From IMG/VR virus record IMGVR_UViG_3300027887_000031, positions 1-35,981 of that record: a stretch of 35,981 bases of DNA, one strand, 5' to 3'. The DNA is from a virus (lineage: Duplodnaviria > Caudoviricetes). Position numbers and translations under genes: made by a program. A model generated the notes under the pieces. It was not told the origin of the DNA, searched no databases, and worked only from the letters and a program-made list of their open reading frames with translations. Below, piece by piece: positions 28,743-35,981 of the stretch (positions within the stretch are counted from its first letter, which is position 1; each line of letters begins with the position of its first letter).

Positions 28743-28793
28743 ATATTCACGCCAGCGGTTTGGCTGGCCCAACCAATTTTAGGGAGATTCGAA

Positions 28794-29453
28794 ATGACAG
28801 CCGTTTTGATCAGCAAAGACGTTGTTGGTGAAAATCATGGCAACTCAGCCATGACAGCCGTTTTCAACCATGTGACCGCGCTTAATCTGGATCCTGAAAC
28901 CGAGTTGAATTTGTGGGATTCTGGTTGGACTCTGCTGGCGAAGTCGATTTGCCATGATGCGAAAGGTGGCTGGAATGGCACGTTTAGAACCAGACTCCCC
29001 AAAGCAATTAGGGGTGACTCGCAGGATGCGCCAGCCAGCCAGCCAGCCAGCCAGGATGCGCCTAAGACAGCGCCAGCGAAGAAATCATCGGTCGCGGTCG
29101 AGTTGTCGCTGTATGATGGTACGGTGCGCTTAAGCGCGGAAAAATGTTTCGCAATCATCGCGGTCGACGGATCCGTCTTCATGTCACCTGGGGCCAGCCC
29201 GCTGTTACGGAAGATCGACTCGGCTTTGACCGACATTGTAAAATTCGTCCGCGAAAACGTCCGTCGAGACAATGAATTCGACTTAGGCGGAATTAAGATT
29301 TGTGCGCAGGATTCGGAAACCGCTAAGAAAGTCATCCGCCAGCGCCTGTTCGATGCTGGGGAATACGAGACACTGGCGAAGATCGGCAAACTTGAACCCA
29401 CCGCCAGCCCGTCTTTGGTGGATGCCTGGATCAGCAAATATCATCCACAGTAA
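28794..29453 (+). CDS. Hypothetical protein (219 aa), probable paralog of 33114..33986
   Basis: GGGAG SD; shares NGxFRTRL and other motifs with the 33114 protein. Confidence 0.85.
   Translation: MTAVLISKDVVGENHGNSAMTAVFNHVTALNLDPETELNLWDSGWTLLAKSICHDAKGGWNGTFRTRLPKAIRGDSQDAPASQPASQDAPKTAPAKKSSVAVELSLYDGTVRLSAEKCFAIIAVDGSVFMSPGASPLLRKIDSALTDIVKFVRENVRRDNEFDLGGIKICAQDSETAKKVIRQRLFDAGEYETLAKIGKLEPTASPSLVDAWISKYHPQ
29030..29053 (+). repeat. (GCCA)6 microsatellite inside the CDS
   Basis: Six perfect units flanked by a CAGGATGCGCC direct repeat. Confidence 0.9.
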
Positions 29454-29471
29454 GCCAGCCAGCACCAAACT

Positions 29472-29497
29472 TAACCCCCATCTTAAGATGGGGGTTA
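29472..29497 (+). terminator. Perfect 26-bp palindrome after the gene; terminator or processing hairpin
   Basis: TAACCCCCATCTTAAGATGGGGGTTA followed by a weak T tract. Confidence 0.55.
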
Positions 29498-29571
29498 TTC
29501 GCTTTAAGTAGAACGGATAATGTACGAGACAGCCAGCCAGCCAGGTGAGTGATCACTTAGCCAGCCAGCCA

Positions 29572-30031
29572 GCATGGTCGAGCAGATAGCGTCCTACACT
29601 TGATGGTGTAATCGCCAACAGATAACATGCGTCTCGGAACAATAGCGTATGCGGGAATGCGAGTAGGCGCGTATGGTGCAGTATCCACATCGAGATGCGG
29701 GGCGGCACGATGACGGTGCTGGCGAGTAGGTGATCGTCGGGAGACGATATGGGCCAGCATAAACTTGTTCAGACATCTGATCTAACGTCATCTGATTGAG
29801 ATAACGACTCACGCCGGACATCTTAGGCACAACCACCATCAAGATACGACGATAGCGCTACACGCTGGAATGCAGAGGCAATATGGGATCTTCGTTTAGC
29901 CAGCTACTAAGTCCCGCTGGCGAGTGATAGGCGTTACCTATCAGCGTCTCCGATACAGGCCAGCACGAGCGACTGCGGATGGATGAGCGAGCGTGGGTAC
30001 AAACCACAGCACTCACCAGATCCGTTCCATG
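29572..30031 (+). ncRNA. Candidate large structured non-coding RNA (family unassigned, strand assumed)
   Basis: No credible ORF with an SD; long-range pairing 29599-29608/29834-29843; two GCTGGCGAGT...GGCCAGCA stem modules. Confidence 0.4.
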
Positions 30032-30128
30032 CCGGAGATGGGTTGTGTGATTGTCTTACTGGATATCAGGATCTTGTCTTGATATCCGGTGCGGTTTACA
30101 CAACCATATTCTTAGACCAGGGAGATAC

Positions 30129-30536
30129 ATGATGCGTAAAGTAGTGTTCGTCTTAGTTGTGGCTGTTCTGCTCATTGCGCGGCCCGTCAATGCTGGCTTA
30201 CCGACGATATGTGTAGCCAACGAAGATGATTGGTGCGAGCAGATGCAGGGTGGTGATGAGTATTGGGAAACTGCGGATGAGAGTTTCCTGAATGCGATTG
30301 CGCTCAACGGGTACGAAGATGAGCGTGGTGGTCGCTGGATGATGAGCGACTCCGATGGGGATGGGGATGCGGATCTGATCGAGAGTGATGAAGTGTGTAC
30401 GAACTCGTACATGGCGATGGGTGATCAAACCAAGATGCTCATCGGTCAGGCGATCAACGTCCACATGAGCGGGAAATGGTTCTGCGGGTACTTCGAAAGA
30501 CAGGCAGTTTATATGCCGATGATGATCAACGACTAA
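30129..30536 (+). CDS. Exported protein with signal peptide, Dx[DN]xDG motif and C-terminal VYMPMM motif
   Basis: GGGAG SD; MMRKVVFVLVVAVLLIARPVNA signal peptide; DSDGDGDAD; ends QAVYMPMMIND. Confidence 0.8.
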   Translation: MMRKVVFVLVVAVLLIARPVNAGLPTICVANEDDWCEQMQGGDEYWETADESFLNAIALNGYEDERGGRWMMSDSDGDGDADLIESDEVCTNSYMAMGDQTKMLIGQAINVHMSGKWFCGYFERQAVYMPMMIND

Positions 30537-30626
30537 GTGGTCTGCATCCTGATCAGGTAGAGATATCTGATCAGGCTATAGCTCACTTGGGCTATAACCA
30601 ACCAACCAGATAAAGGGAGATGTACA

Positions 30627-31103
30627 ATGGAATTCAACAGTAACTCAGTATGGATCGGCGAGTTTCTCGGCAACAACGATGTTTGGCATTGGATCGTCTT
30701 TGACAAAGAACGGGATGATCTCATCAACCGCAACACTGTTGACAACAATCTCGGTTATGATGGTCAGCCGATCAGGGTGAGCGATGCGATGAAACTCACC
30801 GGACTATCCGCCGAGCAGATCATCGAGAAATGCTATCCTGGTAAAACTCCAGGCGATATGCCAGGGCATTATTACTTACGGATGTACGCGGGAGAGGGAA
30901 CGGGCATCTTCCATCGTGGCAAAGTGGCTCACGAATACAGGATGATGCACTCGCCAGCGGGTGTCGAGATCGTGGTCACAACTCATGGGGCATTCCCCAT
31001 TTACCCATACGAGACGATGTTCGACTCTAGCGCAGATGCATGGGACTTCCTGAGCAAGCATCTGGACGATCTTAACGCGCTGGCGTTGCCAGCCGCGAGT
31101 TAG
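30627..31103 (+). CDS. Hypothetical protein (158 aa)
   Basis: AAGGGAG SD with the conserved leader. Confidence 0.85.
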   Translation: MEFNSNSVWIGEFLGNNDVWHWIVFDKERDDLINRNTVDNNLGYDGQPIRVSDAMKLTGLSAEQIIEKCYPGKTPGDMPGHYYLRMYAGEGTGIFHRGKVAHEYRMMHSPAGVEIVVTTHGAFPIYPYETMFDSSADAWDFLSKHLDDLNALALPAAS

Positions 31104-31183
31104 GGAATAGCTTGCTGATCACCAGGGCAACTTGGTGGTCGGCGGGGAGTTCATAACTCTAAACCAACCAACAGGAGACAGCA

Positions 31184-31540
31184 ATGAACAAGAAAACCTA
31201 TGTAGTAAGATGCAGGGAACCAATTGCCATCGAGATGGCTCGATATGAGGGCAATACGATCATCAGCAAGCGCGATGAACTCATCGATCCAAGGATCCCG
31301 ATCCCCGCGTACAACACTTGGGAGTTCAAGATTAGCGGATCCCCGAATGCGAGACGCTGGATGAGCTTTGGCGTGTTCATGAACCAAGCCAAGGTGAGAT
31401 TGGTGGACACCAAAACGGGCGAGATATACATCGAGAAAGGCGAATGGGTTGACTCCGAGACAGGCAAATTATACGCCAGAAACTCGGAAGTGAGCGAGGA
31501 CAAAGCGTTATCATTCCCGCTTAAGAACAGCTTCCGGTAA
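31184..31540 (+). CDS. Hypothetical protein (118 aa)
   Basis: AGGAG SD with the conserved leader. Confidence 0.85.
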   Translation: MNKKTYVVRCREPIAIEMARYEGNTIISKRDELIDPRIPIPAYNTWEFKISGSPNARRWMSFGVFMNQAKVRLVDTKTGEIYIEKGEWVDSETGKLYARNSEVSEDKALSFPLKNSFR

Positions 31541-31679
31541 TTCAAAATCGAGATGCAGACTCAGCCACAATCTGCATCTCCCATAACTCACATGCGCTAC
31601 TCAACCAGGGCGGATAGGGTAGCGCATGAGCGTTATGGCAATCTTGCCATATCAACCAACCAAGATAAGGAGATATACA

Positions 31680-31991
31680 ATGTACGAAATCTTTTGCGCG
31701 AGAATGTACCTATCTTTGAAATCTGCATGGATCCATGCTTTCGGAGACAACGATGGAACGATTGGTACTCTCGATAGAAAAGTGGGCGACCAGATCCGCA
31801 GAGTTGGCGACAAATTCGAGATATGCGACTGCGAAGAACGTGTCAACATCGAGTTATATGCGGATGGAAACTCGTTCAATGCTCGGCACGATACAACCGA
31901 GACATTCGTCAATCCGAAAGTTCTGATGGGGATCGTTGAGCGGGCGCTGGATCTCATCGGTGATAACCAGCGCGAGATGTTTGACCTATAG
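31680..31991 (+). CDS. Hypothetical protein (103 aa)
   Basis: Start reassigned to MYEIF after TAAGGAG. Confidence 0.8.
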   Translation: MYEIFCARMYLSLKSAWIHAFGDNDGTIGTLDRKVGDQIRRVGDKFEICDCEERVNIELYADGNSFNARHDTTETFVNPKVLMGIVERALDLIGDNQREMFDL

Positions 31992-32089
31992 TTGCTGATC
32001 GCTTGCTGGACATCAGCCTTCGAGTTGGTGTCCGGCGGGGAGTTAGCAACTCGGCTAATTCTTAACCCAACCACTTAAGGAGTAATACA

Positions 32090-32323
32090 ATGCGCAACAA
32101 TAGCCCTATCTCGGAAGCGTACAAATCAGAACGAAGATATAATTCTATGCTTTCACGCATGGAGTTCGTTATCTTCATCCTGGCTGTATTGATAATCTCA
32201 TACATTATCATGCTCGGCATCAATCCACTCACCATCATCGGGAATGAGTTGGAACGGATAGCGCCGATGCCTTGGGAGTACGCGAACATCGCTCGATGGA
32301 TCCTGGCTCTGTGCGGTAACTAG
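32090..32323 (+). CDS. Small membrane protein (77 aa)
   Basis: TAAGGAG SD; hydrophobic FVIFILAVLIISYIIMLGI. Confidence 0.75.
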   Translation: MRNNSPISEAYKSERRYNSMLSRMEFVIFILAVLIISYIIMLGINPLTIIGNELERIAPMPWEYANIARWILALCGN

Positions 32324-32409
32324 ATACACCAAAACTCATGCCCTGTACTCGATGTGGTATAGGGCGAGCGTTGTGGTATATCCCACAAAATACAATAAAG
32401 GAGATCAGA

Positions 32410-32838
32410 ATGGATAAGAAAGTGTACACGCTGGACATCGGCATGAGTTACAAAGAAAGTGACTTTATGCCCAGGATGATGAGCAACAGTGAACTCTCGG
32501 ATGCGATCAGGGATCTCGTCTGCGTCGGCATTGACTTGCATACGCACGTCAACTTCTATCTTGCTCGCGGCATGATCCATGACTGCGGAGTTGTCATATC
32601 GTTCTTTAACGAGACTAACTGCAATTGCGGATGCGAGCTTGATTTATCCGAGTATGATCCCATCATCGTAAAGACGTACTACGGAAGGCCAGAGTACATC
32701 GCAACGCTTGAACGCGAGTTCCTGTGCAATAACGTAAACCGTCTCGCCGAGATGCTGGATATCGATATCGCCTATATGGAAGTTCAGGGCTATGAGTTTC
32801 ACGGCATCAAGTTTGGCCTGAATTACTCGAAACAGTAA
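32410..32838 (+). CDS. Hypothetical protein (142 aa)
   Basis: Start reassigned to MDKKVY after AAAGGAG. Confidence 0.8.
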   Translation: MDKKVYTLDIGMSYKESDFMPRMMSNSELSDAIRDLVCVGIDLHTHVNFYLARGMIHDCGVVISFFNETNCNCGCELDLSEYDPIIVKTYYGRPEYIATLEREFLCNNVNRLAEMLDIDIAYMEVQGYEFHGIKFGLNYSKQ

Positions 32839-32846
32839 TTCACAAC

Positions 32847-32882
32847 TCCCGCCTCACTAGAGTAAAATTTAGTGAGGCGGGA
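32847..32882 (+). terminator. Strong hairpin after the gene; possible terminator (no U tract)
   Basis: TCCCGCCTCACTA...TAGTGAGGCGGGA 13-bp stem. Confidence 0.5.
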
Positions 32883-32927
32883 TCACCTTACTGCAAAAAC
32901 CAAGATCCTCAGTTTACCAACTCTGTA

Positions 32928-32956
32928 TTGACAAAATGACCATAATGTAGTACACT
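32928..32956 (+). promoter_or_regulatory. Sigma70-type promoter
   Basis: TTGACA-N17-TACACT. Confidence 0.8.
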
Positions 32957-32988
32957 TGTTCTTCAATTGAATATTGTGTCGATCTTAG

Positions 32989-33049
32989 ATAGGGATGCTC
33001 AACCTTTCGTCTCCCTGGTTGGTTGAAGTTTTCCGTTGAGCATCCCTAT
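32989..33049 (+). ncRNA. Hairpin RNA whose loop is antisense to the shared CCAACCA/SD leader motif; candidate regulatory RNA
   Basis: Perfect 15-bp stem (32989-33003/33035-33049); 31-nt loop contains TTTCGTCTCCCTGGTTGGTTGA. Confidence 0.6.
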
Positions 33050-33113
33050 GTGAGATCGATAGAATCTCACTACCAACTATTCTTGGGTGGCGACCAACGC
33101 CAGGAGATTTGAA

Positions 33114-33986
33114 ATGTCTGAGAAAATGGAAAAACGTGTAGAGATCGAACTCGATCAGGTATGCGGTGAGAAACGCGGCCTGGAAGCGTGTGTCGCTGTG
33201 CGAGATCACGTCCTGGGTGTCTTGAAGCTGTCGGACAAAGATGCGTTAACTCGCGTCTATTACATCAAGTCCGGCTTGGACACGGGCCAGTGGAACGCTC
33301 CGGCGAGCATGACGGTGGAAGGAAAGACCATCAACGGTGGCTTCCGCACCCGTCTCGCATCCGCGCTCAAAGGCCACACGGCTGATGAAGTCAAGGCCGC
33401 TCGTGGTATCGCGCCAGCATCCGGTGAGACGACGATGAGCAAGACGACTGTTCGCCCGATGCGCGGTGTGAAAGTCGGCATCCGCTTGATCATGGACGAG
33501 AATGAGGGCCAGATCGTGTTCCAGGGCGAGCATGTGGACGCTCACTGGACAAGCAAGCAGGGACTCGTCTTCGATGATCTCCAGACGCTGAAAACGTTCT
33601 CCAACGCCTTCTTGCAGTTCGCTGGCTTTCCCCGCGCATTCGTGCTTGGCGCGCCAGAGTATGACGAAGATGGCAATCCGGTTGTGAGCGGCTGGAAGTT
33701 CGGCGGGATCGCTTCGACCAAAGATGAATACACGGATGCGTTGAAAGACATTCTGGCCCAGGCACTCGCGGCCCAGAATTGGGAAGTCTTGGGCCAGGGC
33801 AAAGGTCTGATGGATGGCTCGATCAAGGCCGAGAAAACTGGAGCGAGCATCAAGGATGCGTTCGTGGATCGCTTCTTCCCAATGCCAGAACCCGCTCCCG
33901 CTCCTGTCATCAGCCAGCCCACCGAGACGGTGGATGTCGAGATGATCAAGGAAGCCGAAGCCGCTGGTCGCATCGTTCAGCAGTAA
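33114..33986 (+). CDS. Hypothetical protein (290 aa), probable paralog of 28794..29453
   Basis: Start reassigned to MSEKME after AGGAG. Confidence 0.88.
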   Translation: MSEKMEKRVEIELDQVCGEKRGLEACVAVRDHVLGVLKLSDKDALTRVYYIKSGLDTGQWNAPASMTVEGKTINGGFRTRLASALKGHTADEVKAARGIAPASGETTMSKTTVRPMRGVKVGIRLIMDENEGQIVFQGEHVDAHWTSKQGLVFDDLQTLKTFSNAFLQFAGFPRAFVLGAPEYDEDGNPVVSGWKFGGIASTKDEYTDALKDILAQALAAQNWEVLGQGKGLMDGSIKAEKTGASIKDAFVDRFFPMPEPAPAPVISQPTETVDVEMIKEAEAAGRIVQQ

Positions 33987-34106
33987 GATAACAAGCGCGT
34001 AAATGGTTAGGGCGAGCCGAGATGCTCGCCTTAATCCTAATGCCCATTAGCTTCCGAGTTAGTGGGCATTATGATTTGACTCTAACCAACCAAAAAGGAG
34101 ACGAAA

Positions 34107-34553
34107 ATGTACTACCAGTATGCTTTGTGCTACGAGTACGGCCCGAATGTAGGCGTGAGCAACTTCCACGTTGGTCGCGTCTTTGATGGCCCTGAACTCA
34201 CCCATGTCTGCAAGCAACTCGAAAAACACGGATTTGAAAGCAACGAATTCCTCATGTTCTTCGAGTCCAACGATGAAGAAAACGTTCAGATCAATCTGGA
34301 CAGCGAGTATTGGGTTGGGGATAAGGCGCTCGACCTGCTTAAGAAATTAGGAATGAGCGGTCTTGACTTCGAAACCTATACGCGGATCCACTCAACCATC
34401 GAAGTTATGAGCGCAGTCAGCCCAGGCATTTATCCTGAGTACAACCAGAAAATTGCGCTTAAGATACTCAGCCTGTTTGGTGGAAGATACGACAACTTGA
34501 GGAAGCTCGGACATCTCGCGTTTATCGCGTGGCTCGACAGGGCCAAACTCTAA
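34107..34553 (+). CDS. Hypothetical protein (148 aa)
   Basis: AAGGAG SD with the conserved leader. Confidence 0.85.
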   Translation: MYYQYALCYEYGPNVGVSNFHVGRVFDGPELTHVCKQLEKHGFESNEFLMFFESNDEENVQINLDSEYWVGDKALDLLKKLGMSGLDFETYTRIHSTIEVMSAVSPGIYPEYNQKIALKILSLFGGRYDNLRKLGHLAFIAWLDRAKL

Positions 34554-34645
34554 TTACCTTATGCTGGCTACCGAGTATCACCGGATATTCGGTAGCTGAG
34601 ATAAGGCAATTTTGCTTTATCCTACCAACCAAATAGGAGAGTGAA

Positions 34646-35080
34646 ATGGACGAGAAACAACGGAAAGTGCTGGTCGATGCTTTGCATAAAGCGTCCGAAG
34701 CGTTCAAGGATCTTGACGAAGCCGACACGCATGAGATCAGGGCGGCTTTGTGGATGATTGGATCCGCCAGCCAGATTCTCAAGGGCCAGATCACGGACGC
34801 TCATCGGTTCGCTGGCAGAGCGGTAGGTGAACTCAAACTGGCTATGTACAGGGAAGCGGGATTTGACGCGATCCGCAATCTCAAGCATCTCGAAAAAGGA
34901 ACTCTGGTTGTCATCGAGTACAAATATAACGAGTACGAATGCGTTGTCGAGACAGCCGACAATTGGGGAACACCAGAGAAACCGGACTGGTACATCGAGT
35001 GTCGCGACAGAGACGGAGGCAACTTCCGAAGCTACAAACAATGCTACGATGGTGGCTCGGTTCGGTTGCTCGTCGAATAA
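34646..35080 (+). CDS. Hypothetical protein (144 aa)
   Basis: AGGAG SD with the conserved leader. Confidence 0.85.
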   Translation: MDEKQRKVLVDALHKASEAFKDLDEADTHEIRAALWMIGSASQILKGQITDAHRFAGRAVGELKLAMYREAGFDAIRNLKHLEKGTLVVIEYKYNEYECVVETADNWGTPEKPDWYIECRDRDGGNFRSYKQCYDGGSVRLLVE

Positions 35081-35161
35081 TCTTACGTATCCTGTTCGGC
35101 AAGTTTCTTGCTGGACAGGCTAGATGAGATTATTCATCTACCAACCAAGACAAGGAGGCTT

Positions 35162-35374
35162 ATGGAATATCCTGTTTGTAAGCATGGCAACACGCTCGTC
35201 AATCCAAGCGGCTATCTTTGCTGTGATGCATGTTATCAAGCATTCTGCGAAGAAAGCAACAGGCGTTGGATTGAGTTGCAAAAAGAGATCAGACTCGCAT
35301 ACGCTGGCATCAAGAAATCGTATGCGAAGTATGTCTCGGTGTGTGGTGATCCGGTTCAGAAAGACTATCCATAG
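35162..35374 (+). CDS. Small Cys/His-rich protein (70 aa), possible zinc finger
   Basis: AAGGAGG SD; CKHG...CCDAC. Confidence 0.75.
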   Translation: MEYPVCKHGNTLVNPSGYLCCDACYQAFCEESNRRWIELQKEIRLAYAGIKKSYAKYVSVCGDPVQKDYP

Positions 35375-35381
35375 GAGCGAA

Positions 35382-35807
35382 ATGGTAAACAATAGAGTTT
35401 GGCCCAGAGTTGTATTCTTGGTTCTCTTGATCATCGTGCTGTTTCTCATCATGGCACAGACTCATCGAGCGGGAGGCCAGGACGAAAGCGGATCCGCGAT
35501 CTTCATTCCGGTAGCCATGAGCGGTGGGAAGTGCTACTCCGATGGTCTGCATGTGCTTTGCGTGGACTATGGGAAAATGAAAGATGAAGTGGTCTGCGGA
35601 AAGAGCGTGATCACCGTCTTGAATTCAACCACGAGCGGCTACATCACCAAAGCCGCAACGCTCACCGAAGTCGGTGGTACGCAGGTTCTTACCAAGGTAT
35701 CCGTGATCGAAATCTCACCAGCGAACGTGTGCGAGATCATCGATGGAGATTATCAGTATTTCATCTATCGATTATCCACGAAGACACGGATAACTCGATA
35801 CCAATAA
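35382..35807 (+). CDS. Exported or membrane-anchored protein (141 aa)
   Basis: Start reassigned to MVNNRVW after AGGAG; hydrophobic signal segment followed by AIFIPVAM. Confidence 0.75.
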   Translation: MVNNRVWPRVVFLVLLIIVLFLIMAQTHRAGGQDESGSAIFIPVAMSGGKCYSDGLHVLCVDYGKMKDEVVCGKSVITVLNSTTSGYITKAATLTEVGGTQVLTKVSVIEISPANVCEIIDGDYQYFIYRLSTKTRITRYQ

Positions 35808-35813
35808 TCAGAT

Positions 35814-35841
35814 GCGAGCGTGACCGCATGGTCACGCTCGC
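35814..35841 (+). other. Intergenic 12-bp-stem hairpin (terminator or leader element)
   Basis: GCGAGCGTGACC-gcat-GGTCACGCTCGC; more hairpins follow to about 35900. Confidence 0.6.
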
Positions 35842-35921
35842 TCTCGCATGAATATGCAAAGTTGATCATATTCGTGTGAGAATATTCTCACAAATCAACT
35901 ATAATGGATAAGGAGCATAAA

Positions 35922-35981
35922 ATGAATTTGATCGCCAAGATAATACAGGACGTGAGCAATAACTCGATCAGCGCCAAAACA
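35922..35981 (+). CDS. 5' fragment of a gene running off the window
   Basis: TAAGGAG SD then MNLIAKIIQDVSNNSISAKT. Confidence 0.6.
   Translation, partial: MNLIAKIIQDVSNNSISAKT

Larger units (their letters stand above)
1..35981. mobile_element. Tailed dsDNA bacteriophage/prophage genome segment (Caudoviricetes-like)
   Basis: Gene order terS-terL-portal-protease-capsid-head/tail on the minus strand, divergent small unknown genes on the plus strand, no host housekeeping genes. No integrase or att site is visible, so free phage and prophage cannot be distinguished. Confidence 0.95.

Noticed and set aside
28794-28864. 14-bp direct repeat ATGACAGCCGTTTT at 28794 and 28851
   Set aside because: Real but short; the second ATG has no SD and no function can be supported.
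29557-29842. Short minus-strand ORFs in the 29.5-30.0 kb gap, or a tRNA/hammerhead ribozyme there
   Set aside because: No SD and implausible composition; no cloverleaf with a T-loop and no CUGAnGA...GAAA core found by eye.
28769-35147. CCAACC as an extended Shine-Dalgarno pairing with GGUUGG near the 16S rRNA 3' end
   Set aside because: Antiparallel pairing would place CCAACC downstream of GGAG, but here it is always upstream.
28835-35552. Minus-strand ORFs in the right arm (e.g. 28835..29437, 31652..32074, 33542..33973, 34622..35041)
   Set aside because: Shadows of plus-strand genes that have clear SD sequences and conserved leaders.
1-35981. Stop-codon reassignment, diversity-generating retroelement, intron or intein
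   Set aside because: Genes are full length in the standard code, and no reverse transcriptase, TR/VR pair or splicing motifs were seen.

Overview
A 36 kb piece of a tailed dsDNA phage or prophage genome. The host is probably Chloroflexota; this is inferred only from two LP-type sorting motifs. Bases 1-28.0 kb are a minus-strand virion operon: terS, terL, portal, gp10-like, prohead protease/scaffold, major capsid, head-tail gene and a tail-tube-like gene. Two non-standard cassettes interrupt it. The first, between portal and protease, carries two glycosyltransferases whose motifs resemble polypeptide GalNAc-transferases (GT27), three sugar-type O-methyltransferases and two mucin-like Ser/Pro-repeat proteins, making it a candidate phage-encoded O-glycosylation system for the virion. 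The second, after the capsid gene, carries an exonuclease, a ParB-DNA methyltransferase and a GT4-GT2-GT2-HhH fusion. A divergent control region (28.0-28.8 kb) holds a helically phased array of TTAGG-N4-CCTAA palindromes. Bases 28.8-36 kb are plus-strand small unknown genes whose leaders share a two-hairpin + CCAACCA + Shine-Dalgarno (SD) layout. A hairpin at 32989-33049 displays the antisense of that leader motif in its loop (candidate trans-acting regulatory RNA), and a ~460 nt gap may encode a structured RNA. All calls come from reading motifs by eye; no database searches were run.
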